64,000 bases of DNA, from NCBI GenBank assembly GCA_030295235.1, contig AP026148.1, forward strand, positions 744,001 to 808,000, given 5' to 3'. Source of the stretch: Fistulifera solaris. Lineage: Eukaryota. The notes under the pieces were generated by a model. The model did not search any database, was not told the origin of the DNA, and saw only the letters and a list, made by a program, of their open reading frames with translations. Position numbers and translations under genes: made by a program. Below, piece after piece: positions 1 to 13,324 of the stretch. Each line of letters opens with the position of its first letter. Position 1 is the stretch's first letter.

Positions 1-665
1 TTCTGGCCGCTGCCCTGAGCGACGACACGTCCACAGGGCATTTACAACAAGGTGCACGTAATGCTTTGTTACAGAAATATGGATACAAAAGCTGGGAGTC
101 GCTGATATCACGCGCCTTTGACAAGCAAAAGGAGGTACCCGATGAACTGATCGAGTTGTTGACGACAGGCAAAAGTAATCAGCGACCGTTGCAATGGGCT
201 TTGATGGATTGTATGCCGGGCTGTCAATTTCGACTGCACGCTCATCCCAACATTGAGCTCGTCTACTGCATGGAAGGCGCTTTACACGAGATTCGAATGG
301 ACGGCTTACCATTTACTAAATCATTCGATTCGGACGGCGCTGGCGAAGGAATATTGATCGGACCGTCTGTCACGCAGTTGCAACGACCGTGGAAGTTTGG
401 CACGTTACAAAAAGGAACATGGCTGGTCAACGAAGTCGGGAGCATACATAAATCATTCACGGCATCCAACTGCGGTTGTAAATTACTCGTTTTGTGGGGC
501 GGGTCACACGCCAACATTCCCGAAGAACCCTCTATGATTTCCGAAGCAGTTCGCTCCATGGACGAAAAAGTGTGCGCTTGTCATGCGGGGGAAATGATTT
601 CGGAGACATTTCTTCCCAACTCGGAGAGAAACAAACGTGGGAGTGAAGAGAAAATGAAAGGATGA
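1..665 (+). CDS. Cupin-fold (ChrR-like) protein, 5' end outside window
   Basis: Frame is open from position 3 (LAAALSDD...) to the stop at 665. Cupin motif 1 FRLHAHPNIELVYCMEG and motif 2 GTWLVNEVGSIHKSFT. Confidence 0.65.
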   Translation, partial: LAAALSDDTSTGHLQQGARNALLQKYGYKSWESLISRAFDKQKEVPDELIELLTTGKSNQRPLQWALMDCMPGCQFRLHAHPNIELVYCMEGALHEIRMDGLPFTKSFDSDGAGEGILIGPSVTQLQRPWKFGTLQKGTWLVNEVGSIHKSFTASNCGCKLLVLWGGSHANIPEEPSMISEAVRSMDEKVCACHAGEMISETFLPNSERNKRGSEEKMKG

Positions 666-857
666 CGACGAAGGAGGAAAGCGATGGTGACTATTTGGCG
701 CCTAAGCGGAGCTTTTTCTGTGCCATGCGGAATGCGGATACCGCCAAGGATACTGCGTGTGGAGATGTGAAATGTGAAGATGCAAGACAAGGCAAGGAAA
801 GAGGAAAGGCAAGGAGCAAGGAGCAAGGATGCTGTTCTTCCTCTCATCGTCCTATTT

Positions 858-990
858 ACAAGAATGAAATTGGAAAACCTGGCCAGCTCATTGGTCCTAG
901 GTCATAGTTCACACTCCATAGTACGTGAAAGAGAGTCGGTGGTGTCTTGTTCTTAGAAACGGCACTGAAGGAACTGAAGTTTGTACAGCT
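858..990. repeat. Diverged ~130-bp non-coding repeat, copy 1
   Basis: The 31-nt core GAAATTGGAAAACCTGGCCAGCTCATTGGTC (866-896) is identical to 1980-2010; flanks share TGTCTTGTT, CTTAGAA and AAGTTTGTAC. Confidence 0.75.
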
Positions 991-1971
991 GTTTGCTTCC
1001 GGTCACTGACATATGTAAATTTCGTAGAAAATGTACCGGATAGTACAAAATCTACGTGCCATTTTCGCGTACGAGCTAAGTCTACTTCACGAAAACCTAT
1101 GATTTGACTGAAAAAGCATCTTTTTCAGAAAATAAATTTGATCATACTGACACTAATCATATTTGACAGCAATTTCTTGTCATCAATTCTTTTTAAACCT
1201 ACCTTTTTTTGAACAAATGGTCGGTTTCATTTCAGTCCCGGGTCAGTCACGCATCGTCACACGACCGACAGGCACGCACCGTTTCGCGCAAAATCTCGCT
1301 CCCTTCTTGCAACTTGCAACATGCCCTCATTACCATTCTTGTTCATGTTGCTGCATCTTAAAGCGAATTTCTTGATAAAGTAAGTTGAAATTACATGAAA
1401 TTAGTACTCTGCCATGAGCGCTGAAGCGATCCAGCGCTGTTTAGTCTGTTTCATCCTCTATTTCGCCCTCTGACGGCAACTTGTCCATATCGTCACTTCC
1501 GTCTTCATCATCGATTTCATGATTGGAACGGCTTTCTTCAACAATGATCGTGTCAATTTTGTTGAACCAAGCTCTCTTTGAGTGCTAGGTGATGATCTTT
1601 CAAGGTCTGAAGGAAATGCTCTCCACAAATCCATTTGTCTTGATAGCCCGCGAGTCATCACTGCACACAAACGTGTGCCAATTTTCACCGACAGTTTTAA
1701 GAACCGAAATGTTGCGAGTCAGGCACGATATATATACCAATCGACGCTAAATAAAAAAAAGGAACAATATGTGTGTTGATCGTGCCTGACTAAAGCAGTC
1801 TGCAAGTGTTATTAGCAATGTAATGATAGGATCGGCATTCTCGAAAACAACACGAGATTTGTCGCGATGGCAGTAGGGCGGAGGAGTAGTCGGACCGCGA
1901 CTCAACTCCGTTGTGGTAGGCTTCTACGGAGCCTACATGAAGTCTGGGCCATTATGCAAACAGCTGTACGA

Positions 1972-2107
1972 ATAAGAAGGAAATTGGAAAACCTGGCCAG
2001 CTCATTGGTCATAGTTCATAGTTCATAGAACGTGAGTCGACAATCGATAATGTCTTGTTATTACCATGTACTTAGAAGCGGTTTCTAAATGTAGTAAAGT
2101 TTGTACC
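1972..2107. repeat. Diverged ~130-bp non-coding repeat, copy 2
   Basis: Direct repeat of 858-990. Confidence 0.75.
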
Positions 2108-2720
2108 AATACGATCATACAAAGTAAAGAAGAACAGTAACTACGGCAACATAATGCATATCTGTCCTAAATCTGAACGGATTGTTCCTTTTCGTTTACC
2201 AGTTCAAAACCTCAATAAAGTAACGGGATTGCATCATGCAGTAATCGCCCTCAGTAATGTGATGCACACATAGAACTTGTACGATATTGACGTCTCTTGC
2301 TCTAAATCCTTGCGGTTGGCCACGCCACAGTCAGGTGGCAAGAGCAGCACAACAAAAAAAAGACATGTTCCGCGTTCGTAATTGATAAACAACCATTCTT
2401 CTCACAACCATCATTATCAAACAACTACCAAAAGAAGCAACAGACCGTAGAGTTGAAAATGTCAAAGAGAAAGTTCATTCCGGAAGAGAAAAAAGCAACC
2501 TGTTGATAAAGCGAGGACATCCCTCGTCTCAAATCCAGCGGACGGAGTAAGGCCTAATCAAATTATGAGACGACAGGCTGGGAACGAGGTTGCCCTGGGT
2601 TTCATGAATAGCGAAAGAGGTAACATATGCTTACGGAATCACTTGCTTGTTTATATTTTCCTTCTCACGGTCAAATGACTCAACCTAGGCAACCGAAGAT
2701 TACGAGAAGAAGACGATGAT

Positions 2721-3598
2721 ATGAATAGTTTGAATCGCTTTATCGATAATTTTATACAATCGCACGACGCCGCTCCACCGATTGTAGAGACAGCTTACCC
2801 CAACTGGCTGCTACAGGAAGCAAATGTTCCGCCTTCTCTGCTTGCACATACAAAAAATAATGTTCCCTCGGTCTTTGGAAGCGTTCCGTTTGCTTCCCTC
2901 GCCGGACAATTAAGCCCTACTCCGGCCCAGCAACAAGCGGAATTGCATCAGAATCTTCAGTATTCAGCACAAATGAATGCTCTTTATTCAGGGCTTCGTT
3001 TGCTGCCGCAGCTTCGGTGCTTCCACCGGCTTTGGTGTCTTCGACGGCGATAACAGCCCCACTGTATACACCGTCTCGCGCTATTACACTCTCCTCGCAT
3101 AGCACAACTTCGAATACAAATCGATCGGTATCATCGCTTACAACAGCCAACGTTTACTTACCACGAGACGAAGAGTCACTGTCACCATACCAGTGTCTAT
3201 TACGTCAACAGTTGGAATTCTTTGAAGCCACTAACGAGGATGCTTCGGTAGTGCAAGGACGTAACAAGGCCGTCTCTCTGTACCAAGTCGGTCTCCGGTG
3301 TCGACATTGCGCGCGGGTCAGTGTCGTGCAGCGAACCGCTGGAGCTACTTATTATCCAACGCGACTCGATTCCATCTACCAGTCGGGGCAAAATGTAGCG
3401 AAACACCATTTTGATGTCCAGGGCTGTCCTACAATTCCACGTGAAATACAACAAGTGATGACGGCACTAGCGCACGAAGTACGAGGACGGAAAGGAAAGT
3501 CGTCTAAGGGTGGTGGTAAATTGTATTGGGCCGAGACGGCGAGAGAGATGGGTGTTGTGGAGACTAGCAAGGGGTTAATATTCGGTAGTCGGCGATGA
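2721..3598 (+). CDS. Diatom-type putative transcription regulator (Q/P/S-rich N-terminus plus conserved Cys/His domain); one frameshift near 2990
   Basis: C-terminal domain LSPYQCLLRQQLEFFEA..GRNK..QVGLRCRHC..GATYYP..YQSGQN..HH..C..GGGKLYWA is typical of an expanded diatom family. ORFs 2721-3053 and 3017-3598 join if one G is restored in a G run (YSGASFAAAASVLPP). Confidence 0.65.
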
Positions 3599-4190
3599 CG
3601 TTCCAAGATTGTGGTGAATTTGAAGGGAAAAGACGCTAACTGAAGAGAGATGGATGCAGCGCGCAAACACTCCTGTTCTTGCTCGATGAAAATGTTTTGC
3701 GTAGCTTTACAATGTGAACTAGGAAGCTTGTAAACAAGTTTCATTTCTCTATCTCTAGCTAGAGTAGAGATACAAACGGTGAACAAAAAAGGTTCGGCCT
3801 TTTAAATATTTTACTTGTGGGCTTCGCAAATCAAGCTGCTGTTTCAACCATAGTACATCTTGGAGTGTCTTGTATTCGGAAAATCCTGAAACACCGCTTC
3901 TGGCCTTTAACAAGGAGAAGAGCCTAAATACGGAAGTAGACACTACTTTAAAACAGATAGTAACTATAAAATATTGTGTTCATAGTAGTCTGGACGCTGC
4001 TCGACGCGATGACCGCGTCGCCGTGTCTTTAATTATTCGGCCTTCGCCCCTCTGCTCCATCGCGAATGATGCAAATCTTTACGCGAACGTCCTCTGCATC
4101 ACATAAAGCAATACCTTCCCGTCATTATTGAAACATCGCTACGAATCAGAGCAATTACTAATATCTTGATTTTTAAAAGAAATTTGCGAG

Positions 4191-4585
4191 ATGACAGTCA
4201 CACACGTTGAAAACATGGACGGATACAAATCCTTGATGGAGATCTCGAAAACAAAGTTGGTGGTCATTGATTTTAGCGCCGAGTGGTAGGTGTCTGTTTG
4301 AGTGGGATTTCTTTTTATTGCTGCTATCTCCTCAATCGATTGCTTCTCTCTCGCAAAAGGTGCGGACCTTGCAAATACATTGGCCCAATTTTCGAAAAAT
4401 TATCTGATGAAATCGACACGGTCGTGTTTGCCAAAGTGGATGTCGACGAAGCCGACGATGTGGCCGGTCTCTGTGGGATCAGTGCTATGCCGACCTTTCA
4501 ATTCTTTCGCAATGGACAGAAAATTGATGAGCTGATGGGTGCTAATGTGGAAGCTTTGCATCAAAAAGTTGCGCAGCACAAATAA
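4191..4585 (+). CDS. TRX: Thioredoxin (cytosolic type); exons 4191-4285 and 4360-4585
   Basis: The GT..AG intron 4286-4359 splits the W codon; splicing gives VVIDFSAEWCGPCK...KVDVDE...AMPTF. Confidence 0.95.
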
Positions 4586-5534
4586 TGGCCGACTGTGTAT
4601 GATCGTCACTCGTTCTCTTTCGATTGCATGTAGATTGTAAAAGTCCAACTTAAACGAAATTACAAACATCATTGAGGAAAGAAACTAAGAGTTATGCGAT
4701 TGATTTTGTCCTGCTGTGATCAAGACTCTTGGCCTTGTTATGCTCGGTGAATATACTATTTCTCTTTCGTGAAAAGCTTTAGTTAGAAATGAGGCGTTTT
4801 CGCAACTAATAAGGCAGAGAGGATTATCGTACATTTTACGCAATGGACTTCCATTCATATTTTAGTCAAACAGTCGACAACCGTGCAGGTACGAAGCGTT
4901 ACTGTTCACGAGTAGACAAAATAGTTGTGGACATTATAAAGAGAATAGGTAAATCGGAGGTTCCCAAGCGAGGTGTATGGCGCTAAGTTGACGACAAATA
5001 ATGAGATATGAACAAGAAAGAGTCACTATGATTTTTCACGGGAAGATGACTTAGCTAAAGTCTTTATTCTAGAACGCCCAATGTCATTTTTTGGCATGTA
5101 AAAGATTTCTGAGGATTCATTATTTGGATAATTATGGCCAATTGACCGGACGACTAGAGATTTCAGTCACGATCCGCAAAGACAGACCACAACCACAGCG
5201 AATTGAATCTGAGGGAACGTGTGTGACTATGTAACGATTAATTTGACTTTTGGCTTGTGGTTATGTTGACGGGTGTCGTGTGTCGTCTCACATGTCAGTG
5301 ACTAAACCTATCAATTGGAACCGTTCCGGTAAGGGTACAATAGACCCAATGTTGTTTCCCGATGAATAGCCATGACCCATGACTGTCAGTCATGAGGCAT
5401 ATCCCGAACGATAAGAAGCGGCGGCGGTTCGGTTTCATTTTTATTGCATTTTTCATTTTCATTGCATTTTTACTTTATTATATACTCCTTCTATTATTGT
5501 CTCTTCTTTTTAAGAATATCTCTTCATTTCAACC

Positions 5535-6268
5535 ATGCATCCTTCTTTTTTTTCGTTTCCCCGATTTATCGCACTGCTCGTTTTGTTGATACAAACTCGA
5601 CTGCCAGCAATACACGCGCAACAATCACAGGCAAATCCGTTGACCTGGCAGGGCGGAGCCATTTTAGCCATGAGCGGACGCAATTGCGTCGCCATGGCCG
5701 TCGATCATCGCTTTGGACAAGGTCCTGTCTTAATAGAAACCCGTCCTCGTCCCGTATTGACCATTTCAAATCAGTGTATGCTAACTTGTACGGGTTTGTC
5801 GGGACATGTGCAAGCGTTGCATCATATCCTTCTCGCGCAATTGTCGAAACGCCTTACAATATCTACCACCAAATCAACAAAAAACGTGACACCCAATGCC
5901 GTTATTTCATTACTAAGTCATTTATTGTATCAACAATACACTTCCTCCGGTCAACCCTTTGCGGTTGAACCCATTGTCGTGGCCTTGCATCCACAGACGC
6001 AAGAACCTTGGTTGTGCAGTATGGACAGCATTGGTGCATTGTCTCGTGCAAAACACGTTGTAGCCGCGGGTCCTACTTCCACACTCTTGGGTGTGGCAGA
6101 AGCCTGTGGCGGCCGCAATTGGAACCAGACGAATTGGTGCAAGTGTTGGCCCGGGCGTTTGTCAGTGCCCTCGAACGCGATTGTTTGTCGGGATATGGTG
6201 CAACGATTTACTTAATGACACCCTCCGAGGGGATTGTCAAATATCCGGTTCGTATGCGGAGTGATTGA
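5535..6268 (+). CDS. PSMB3: 20S proteasome subunit beta-3-like with N-terminal signal peptide; frameshift near 6108
   Basis: GGAILAMSGRNCVAMAVDHRFG, PFAVEPIVVAL, LCSMDSIGA; the second frame gives LWRPQLEPDEL..SALERDCLSGYGATIY..MRSD, all typical of beta-3. Confidence 0.85.
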
Positions 6269-6846
6269 AAGTTGTGCAAAAGTTGTCATGAATTGAATGT
6301 CTGTTGAAGAGTCAGAGGCATTCTTCAAGGACGGTGGCACAGTTCATGGTGCTGTCGTGTTTTGGCGTCGGTCATATATATGCCCATTGCCTTGCCTTGG
6401 AACGTCCAACTAACTTATAAATGGTACAAGTAGTTCCCGTTTAAATCAGGGGTGACTATGAAGAAGCGACGGTATTAAATCAAATCAGGTGGTGTGTGAT
6501 CCTGTCGTTGGGACCGTCAGCAATCATATTAATAAAAGGTACCAGGTGTGCTGGAAGATAAATGCCTTACTAACACGAAGTTAATTATATTTGTAATATA
6601 TTTTTCGATGGTGTTTCAAGTCGATCAATGTTCATGGAACGTGATCCGTGATATCGCTCGATGTGACAATCTTAGTTTTGAAGTGTGTGGGTTATTGTGG
6701 GTTCCCTTTTTTCGATCGTGACTGGATGGATAATAAGAGTCGTGCAAGTGGTAGTTGTCAATGCGACGATGTATTCTCTTTTTTTTTTTTTACTTTCAAA
6801 CCAAATGATGCTTCGTTGTTCATGTCATTTTCTCATTAACATTGTC

Positions 6847-7275
6847 ATGTCATCTCTTCCGTTTCGTTCGTCTTCTTTCGCAAACAACCACAATCATCAT
6901 AATCACAATCAGAAGGAACAGCAGCCCGATGAGATGATTCGTCTTCAACAATTGTGGTTGGATTGGTCCGATCAACAACGACGCATCGTAACAGCCAATG
7001 GGAAGGCTGACTATTATTATGACGCCGCACGTGGATTTCCGTTTCACGAACACGAATTGCCGCATACCTGGTTCGGAAAACACCTGTCCGAGGAATTTCA
7101 GCAATTTTATGTTACGACATTCCAGCAACCATCTTGTAGTAGTAGTATTATCGGTGTCTGGAATCGTCCTTTGTTGGTTGGAGAATGGGAACATTCGACC
7201 GACGATTTGGTGTACAATGTACAAACCAATACATGGTTTATCGATTTACGGATTCCGTTGTGGCGTCTTTCGACG

Positions 7276-7329
<54 letters not shown>

Positions 7330-8139
7330 TTCGCGTCGTCGTATCAAGACATGACGGGCACCGAATTGCGACTCTTGGCGCGACAGCATGTCTTTGCTGG
7401 TATCACCGTCTGTCATACCAAGGCAAGTAATAATAATAACAAGGAAGATGTAGATGTGTCTTCCAAAGTTCCACACGGATTTTGGGGTTATGCCACACGG
7501 TATCATACGATGGATTGGAATTATTTGGGACATCGTCGGAATCGTCCCAATCAGTGGTGGATAGAAAAGATGCCTGGAAATGATTTGACGTGGAAAGAAT
7601 ATTCCTTTGCGACAAATGATGCCGGACAATACTATTATTGGGAACGATGGGAGTCGGCTTTATGCAAGGAACCACCGACGACTACTGAAAAAACTGGAAA
7701 TATGCCGATAGTACTGGCGTTGCAACGATGTGGTCCGTATCATGGATTGATTGTGGTAGTGGGAGATCATTTCAATTATTGTTGTCACAATGTGAAAGAT
7801 GAAACTTTGCAACAATGGTGTCAACAACATCCCGTATCACCGCAACAATGGATCGATGATGCAGTTGAACGGGGTGATCTCGAAGAAGCTCGTCGTGTAT
7901 TGTCACGTATGGCTGGTGGACATGGACGTATTCAACCCAAGAATACTGTACAGATGGAATGGAGGATCGATGTTTCGACCGAACCATGGAGACGCGGTAC
8001 GTTGCTTTGGGACGATGTACAATTGGTGGGTGATCCGCATGACACATCTACTTGGCGCATTCATGACAATGGTGAGAAATGGAAGGTTATGGAATGCAAT
8101 TTGACCTGCATGGAAGAATTGGAACGTTGGTTGCCGTAA
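6847..8139 (+). CDS. Uncharacterised protein, possibly HRI1-like, with poly-Thr tract
   Basis: Long ORF with likely start MSSLPF at 6847. Motifs VYNVQTNTWFIDLRIP and YYWERW resemble HRI1-type proteins (weak assignment). Confidence 0.6.
7273..7329 (+). repeat. (ACA)n microsatellite encoding poly-Thr
   Basis: About 18 consecutive ACA units inside the ORF. Confidence 0.95.
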
Positions 8140-8511
8140 AATGCACAACCCGAAGTGACTCATTATTATTTGTGAACTATCAACCCTCGACAACAACTTG
8201 AAGAACGGAGTTTACTGCAAATCTTGCTTTTAGTAACAAATTGTACTATCTATAGTTATCTATCATGGAACGCAAGTTGTCAATCATAGAGGAGAATTAC
8301 CGAAGCGTTTGGTGCCGCATGATCGCACACACACACACACATGCGCTCGTTATTACGAATCATCATCCACGGCAAAACTACTAACTTCACTGATTACTCG
8401 AGTCAACTCCATGAATACTGCAAATTTTGGTTCTATTTGCCTTTTACACTGTTTTACGCCTTTTATCCGAAATTCTTTCGCGTTTCATCTCATCCTTTCC
8501 CATTCCCTAAC

Positions 8512-9262
8512 TTAATGGGCACCTGCAAAGGCCTCCGGATCCGGAATGTGCAACATCTTAAAGAACAAACCCAAATCCTTGATGTAATACGTATTATCAT
8601 CGTTGTGAATGGTAAACCAGTACACGGCATGCGAGACCGGATCAACGTATCCTACTTGACGCTGTTCGCGTCGACTGGGCACGAGAACGGGCGAAGCAAA
8701 GGTCCCACTACCTTCCGGTGGCACCAAACCCAAATTATTGTAGCCATCCAAATGCTTGTCTTCCATTTCTTCCAAATCATCCATGCTTTCAATACCCATT
8801 TGTTTCATTTCCTTTTTGAGATCGTCCGGAATGAAATCGGGCAAGGGTTTCATGTTTTCTTTGAGTTTGCGATCTTGATCTGTCGCAATCAAGTTGTCGG
8901 GTTCTCCCAATTCAAAGACTTTATTCAAACCGAATGGCATTTTTTCATTGTCTTTGGAAGATGCCAAGCCGCGGAGAAGTGTTGTTGTAGTTGTTGTTGA
9001 AGTAGAAGTAGTAGTACGAGGCGCCAAAGTGGCAGCGATGCTGTAGGAAGAAAAAGTAAATAGACGAAACGAGCGAAAGAGAATGAGAAGAAGAAAAAAT
9101 GTAGAAATATGTATTGAAGACAAGAGAATGAGAACAATTGTAAAGGCTGTTTCGAAAAAGAGGAATAATAGCAAGATGCGAAAAATCGCAATATGCAATC
9201 TCGGATGTTTTTATTATATTATTATACTTGTGAACGTACCGACGTGCTGTAACGGCAAACAT
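8512..9262 (-). CDS. COX5B: Cytochrome c oxidase subunit 5b-like protein; exons 9262-9240 and 9040-8512
   Basis: Intron 9239-9041 (GTACGT...CCTACAG) joins a mitochondrial-type leader MFAVTARRIAATLAPR...LLRGLAS. C-terminal GTFASPVLVPSRREQRQVG..D..HAVYWF...G.FFKM matches the COX5B layout. Confidence 0.7.
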
Positions 9263-9770
9263 GATTGCTTCAATTGAAATTTGCTTTCTTTCGAATCGAC
9301 GAATAGATTAGATTCACAGGAAACAGCAGAGCAGCAATTAGTTCATTCAAAACAACACAACAATAGTAATAATGCCATGCCAAATATTTTCCATTGCAAC
9401 AAACGGCAACGTGCGACGGACGCGACCAACAGGTCTTTTTTTTCGTTGCGCGTCGACGCACCAAGCACCAACGCGAACACTTTTGGACTTACTTACTGAC
9501 TCTATCGATAAACTGTAATGCAGACGTCAGCATATCACAGACCACTTCAGGTCTGTACGTCCGTCTCCCGAGAAAGATCGCTGTTTCCATCGGTGTTCGA
9601 TGCAGTATCGCACATAAAGTGCCTTATCCGTTGAAGACGATTTCGTCGCTACATCATAGACAAAGTATGAAGTAATACGACATGTTTACAGAATCTTATT
9701 AGAAAGAGCAAAGAGGAGTGACCGTTTTCAAATTGGAATGCTGCGGCACGGCTGGCGCTCGCTTTTCCAT

Positions 9771-9807
9771 ACAACAACGACAACAACAACAACAACAACA
9801 ACAACAA
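9771..9807 (+). repeat. (CAA)n microsatellite upstream of condensin G2
   Basis: ACAACAACGACAACAACAACAACAACAACAACAACAA. Confidence 0.9.
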
Positions 9808-9875
9808 ACACAAAATAGCAAGGTTCTCTTCTATTCTTTCGACAACAACCTACTGATCAGCTGGATTCGTTTACC

Positions 9876-12800
9876 ATGACAGCGTCATCGTCGGTTACTG
9901 TTGAGGCATTGTTACACGCCGATACGGTCCACGCGTTGTTGCGACTGTCAGAAAACACTTTCAAACAAGGCGCTCCACAATTCACGAAAGCACAAGCTCG
10001 TCGCTTTTTCGGGATGTGGTTGGATCAGTTTGCGATGGCTATGGAAGAAGAAGTTTTGCAACGTGTCGCACAAATTTTAGTGTATTATTTAAAACAACCG
10101 AAACCTGTCCTTTTGCAAGTCATGATCGACTTGACCAGACATTTGCACGATGCTTTAACGGGCGATCTTTCCCTGAAAACGCGACAAACGATCTTGTCGC
10201 TTTGTGAATTGTGGTGGAAACAAGATTTTCCGCAAAAGAACAATTCATTGCAAATGCTTTGCCGTATTGGTTGGAATCACCGGAAGATGCGGCGGCGGTA
10301 CAGAAATTGTACGAATTGAAGGACGCCCTCGATTGTATTGATTTTGCCGCTGATGAGTCCTTACGAGCGGCCGTCTTATCGCTCGTCTCCAATCCGCTCG
10401 TGTTGAAAACGGGAAAGAAACTACTGGTTCATCTTTTGCAAAATCGAGATTTGATCGAACCCTTGCATCAAGCCATCAAAGTACAACTGGTCGGCAACAA
10501 AACCAAAATTGTCAATGTGTACGCTGATGTCTATTACAAGGCGTATCATGAGACGAAAGATCCGGAGCTGCAAGATGCTTTGGAACACATTGTCTGGTCC
10601 GATTTCGTACAAGCCGTGTTGCATGCGGCCGACCCTGATACTCACAAGGCGGTTCGCATGGTCTTACAACCCCTGCATGCGGCACAAAAACATTACGAAG
10701 CACTCTTGCATCGTTTATATGGTCCGATTCTCTGGCGTGCCTTGTCGGCACCACAAACACAAGTTCGCTTACAAGCGGCGCAGATACTCCCGGAAGTATT
10801 TCCGTTGCGGGAGAACACAGCAGTGCCTTGGCAGCGGTCGAACAATGTGTCACGGCCTTGACCGGCTTGTTGGAAGATCGGGTTCCCAAAGTCCGCGTGG
10901 CGGGCGCTTCCGCGACGGCACAAGTGCTGTGTGACTACTGGACCATTTTGCCGCTGGCCAGTATTCGCATGTTGTTGAATTGTACGTAACGATGGTGGGT
11001 GACATTGTATTATCAACACGCTTCTCACATTTTTTCACAGGGCTTGTCACCAAACATGCATCAGATACGTCATCAGCGTCGGTACGAGTGGGAGCGTTGA
11101 ATGCGGTTAGTCTCGTGTTGCAAAATCCTCAGTCCCATGCTGTGTTACGTCCCCTCTTGCCGTCATTGGGGAATTTGTTACACGACAAGACCGAATCCGT
11201 TCGCCTTGCCACAGTACGAATGCTTCTTTGTGTCAAGGAAACATCCGATTTGGCGTACTACCATGTCGTCCCGGTCTATCACTTGAATGCACGATTGGCC
11301 AACGAGGTAGTGAACAGTTCCGTCGCGGCTGCACTTACATCGCTTTTGATGTCATCATACTTTCCTCCAGACCCGGCGACACAAATTGCCCGTACGTTGC
11401 ATTTCTTGCAAACCGATCCCCAGGCTGCTGCAACCTTTTACGCCAATGTGCATCGCTTTTTGGACACGGCACAGGTTGCGGCCTTGGCGGCCATGTTGTG
11501 GCAGACGGTTTTGACGGCGGTTGAGACGGAAAAGAATCATCAAAACAAGTTGCAATCTTCCGATCCGTCTGGAAAACGACGCAAGAAAGCCGCTGCGAAA
11601 GATGATAACGAGAATAATGCTAAAGGAGAAGAAGACGATGAAGACTTCTTTTCGTCGGCCGATGCGGCTCTCATGGTGACTTTGACCGACACGATCAATG
11701 TGTTGTGGGGGTCTATTGCGAAAGATTTGCACGAAGACGTTGTTTCCTTTTTGGTGGACCATATGGAGGATTGGAGTGAAACGCTTCAACACTTTGAGAC
11801 CAATCCTGACAATCGTCTTGTGGTGCAGAACATTTTAAAGATTGTTCGCCGCCTACCATCTTGTGACGATTTGAAAATCAATGCAGAGAATTTGAATGTC
11901 GCTGGATATTTGTCCGTTTACTGTCATTGGGGTCGTTCTGACGAGGTGATTTCATGCTTGGCCAAGTCCCTCGAAACGAATTTGGGAGTAGAAGAAGAAA
12001 TTCTGTTTTCGACTCCCGAAGCCAAAACCAAGAAACGAAAAAGCCGTCGCGGAAAACAAGGCGAAAGTATCGAGTCGCTACCTGCTTCGGTGGCACTGAA
12101 GGTAGTGCATGAACTCTTGCAAGATCCTGACATTCGTCACTATTTGCTCTCGCCTGTGCTCGAAAAGGCGTTGGAGAAGGGCACCAAGCTTGCCGAAAAG
12201 ATGCTGAGCCGTGATCGAGTAAGTAAAGACGTCATTTTCTGGCTAGCTTGATTTCAGGATACTAACGTATATACTCGAATTTCTCTGGCAGATGATAGGC
12301 GAATCTGATATTGACTTCGTTTTGCGTGTTTGTGAGATTTATGGTCGCTTTGTCTTGCATCAGGCAGCGGCAAGGGATGAACCAAACTTGATCATGACTC
12401 CTCAAGCCGTGAATTTGCTACGTTGGATGTCGGTCAAAGTGATTCCCATGTTGAAAGATGTCGATACTGACCAAAGCTGTGCCGAGTCAAGCATTCCGTT
12501 TAATGATCCGGATCTTTCTACAATTGCTGTCGAACAGAGTTTTGCGGATTGGCCAGCATCACCTACACCTGCCGGTCCGCCTCGTCGCCGACGTGATACC
12601 AAGGCAACTCCCAATCGTGTCGAAGTCGAAAAGCGGTCTTCGTTGAGTCCCGATATCCCTCGTGCGCTGGCAATTTCTTTGGTGCAACTGACTTGCGTTG
12701 TGTTTGCCGAATGGCTTGCAATCAGTGGGGGCGTGGGAGGATCTATCATTGATTCTCAGTTGAGTGAATGGTTCTCGGCTGTGTCCGACGATACTACTGT

Positions 12801-13239
12801 GATTGCAGTCATGTCGAAGCTTGCTTTCCAATTGGTGAGAACGTCGGACCAATACTTGTTATTCGAGCAAATCATGCGCAAAGGGCCCGAATCCAACGGT
12901 CTTGTCCGGAAATTGGTATCAACTCTGTCGAGTCCACTTTCCAAATGCCAGCACAAGACGATTGAGGTTGTATTCGAGACAGCCAAGGCAATGTATGATC
13001 CTTTGAAGGATGAACAGTACCACTCCTCTTGGGATGAGATGTGGACACAATCTTCAAGTGCGATTTCGGCTGCTGTGAGCGCCGTTGTTGCCAACCGCGT
13101 GTCTGTAAATGTTTTGATCGATCTTGCCACAAAAACGCCCAGCAATCCCTTTTCCAAGCAACTTTTGTTCTTGTTGCATGACAGAGTAACCGAAAGAAGC
13201 AGCGACTTTACGGTGCAACCGGAAGATGTAGTAGCCTAA
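9876..13239 (+). CDS. NCAPG2: Condensin II complex subunit G2; introns 10982-11040 and 12219-12291; frameshifts near 10237 and 10830
   Basis: LYGPILWRALSA..VRLQAAQILPEVFPLRE, LLEDRVPKVRVA, DTSSASVR, LGNLLHDKTESVR, YYHVVP..L.ARL are HEAT-repeat motifs of CAP-G2; GT-AG introns bridge the ORFs. Confidence 0.88.
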
Positions 13240-13324
13240 GAAAGAATAGTAAAGTGATTCCTTTATACATGTGAACGACTTCGTTCTTCATTTCGCTTTC
13301 GTATTAGTACACAGTGCAATATTC

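Noticed and set aside
6998..7629. Poly-Gln, poly-Asn and poly-Cys ORFs
   Set aside because: Alternative-frame readings of the (ACA)n microsatellite inside the 6847-8139 gene.
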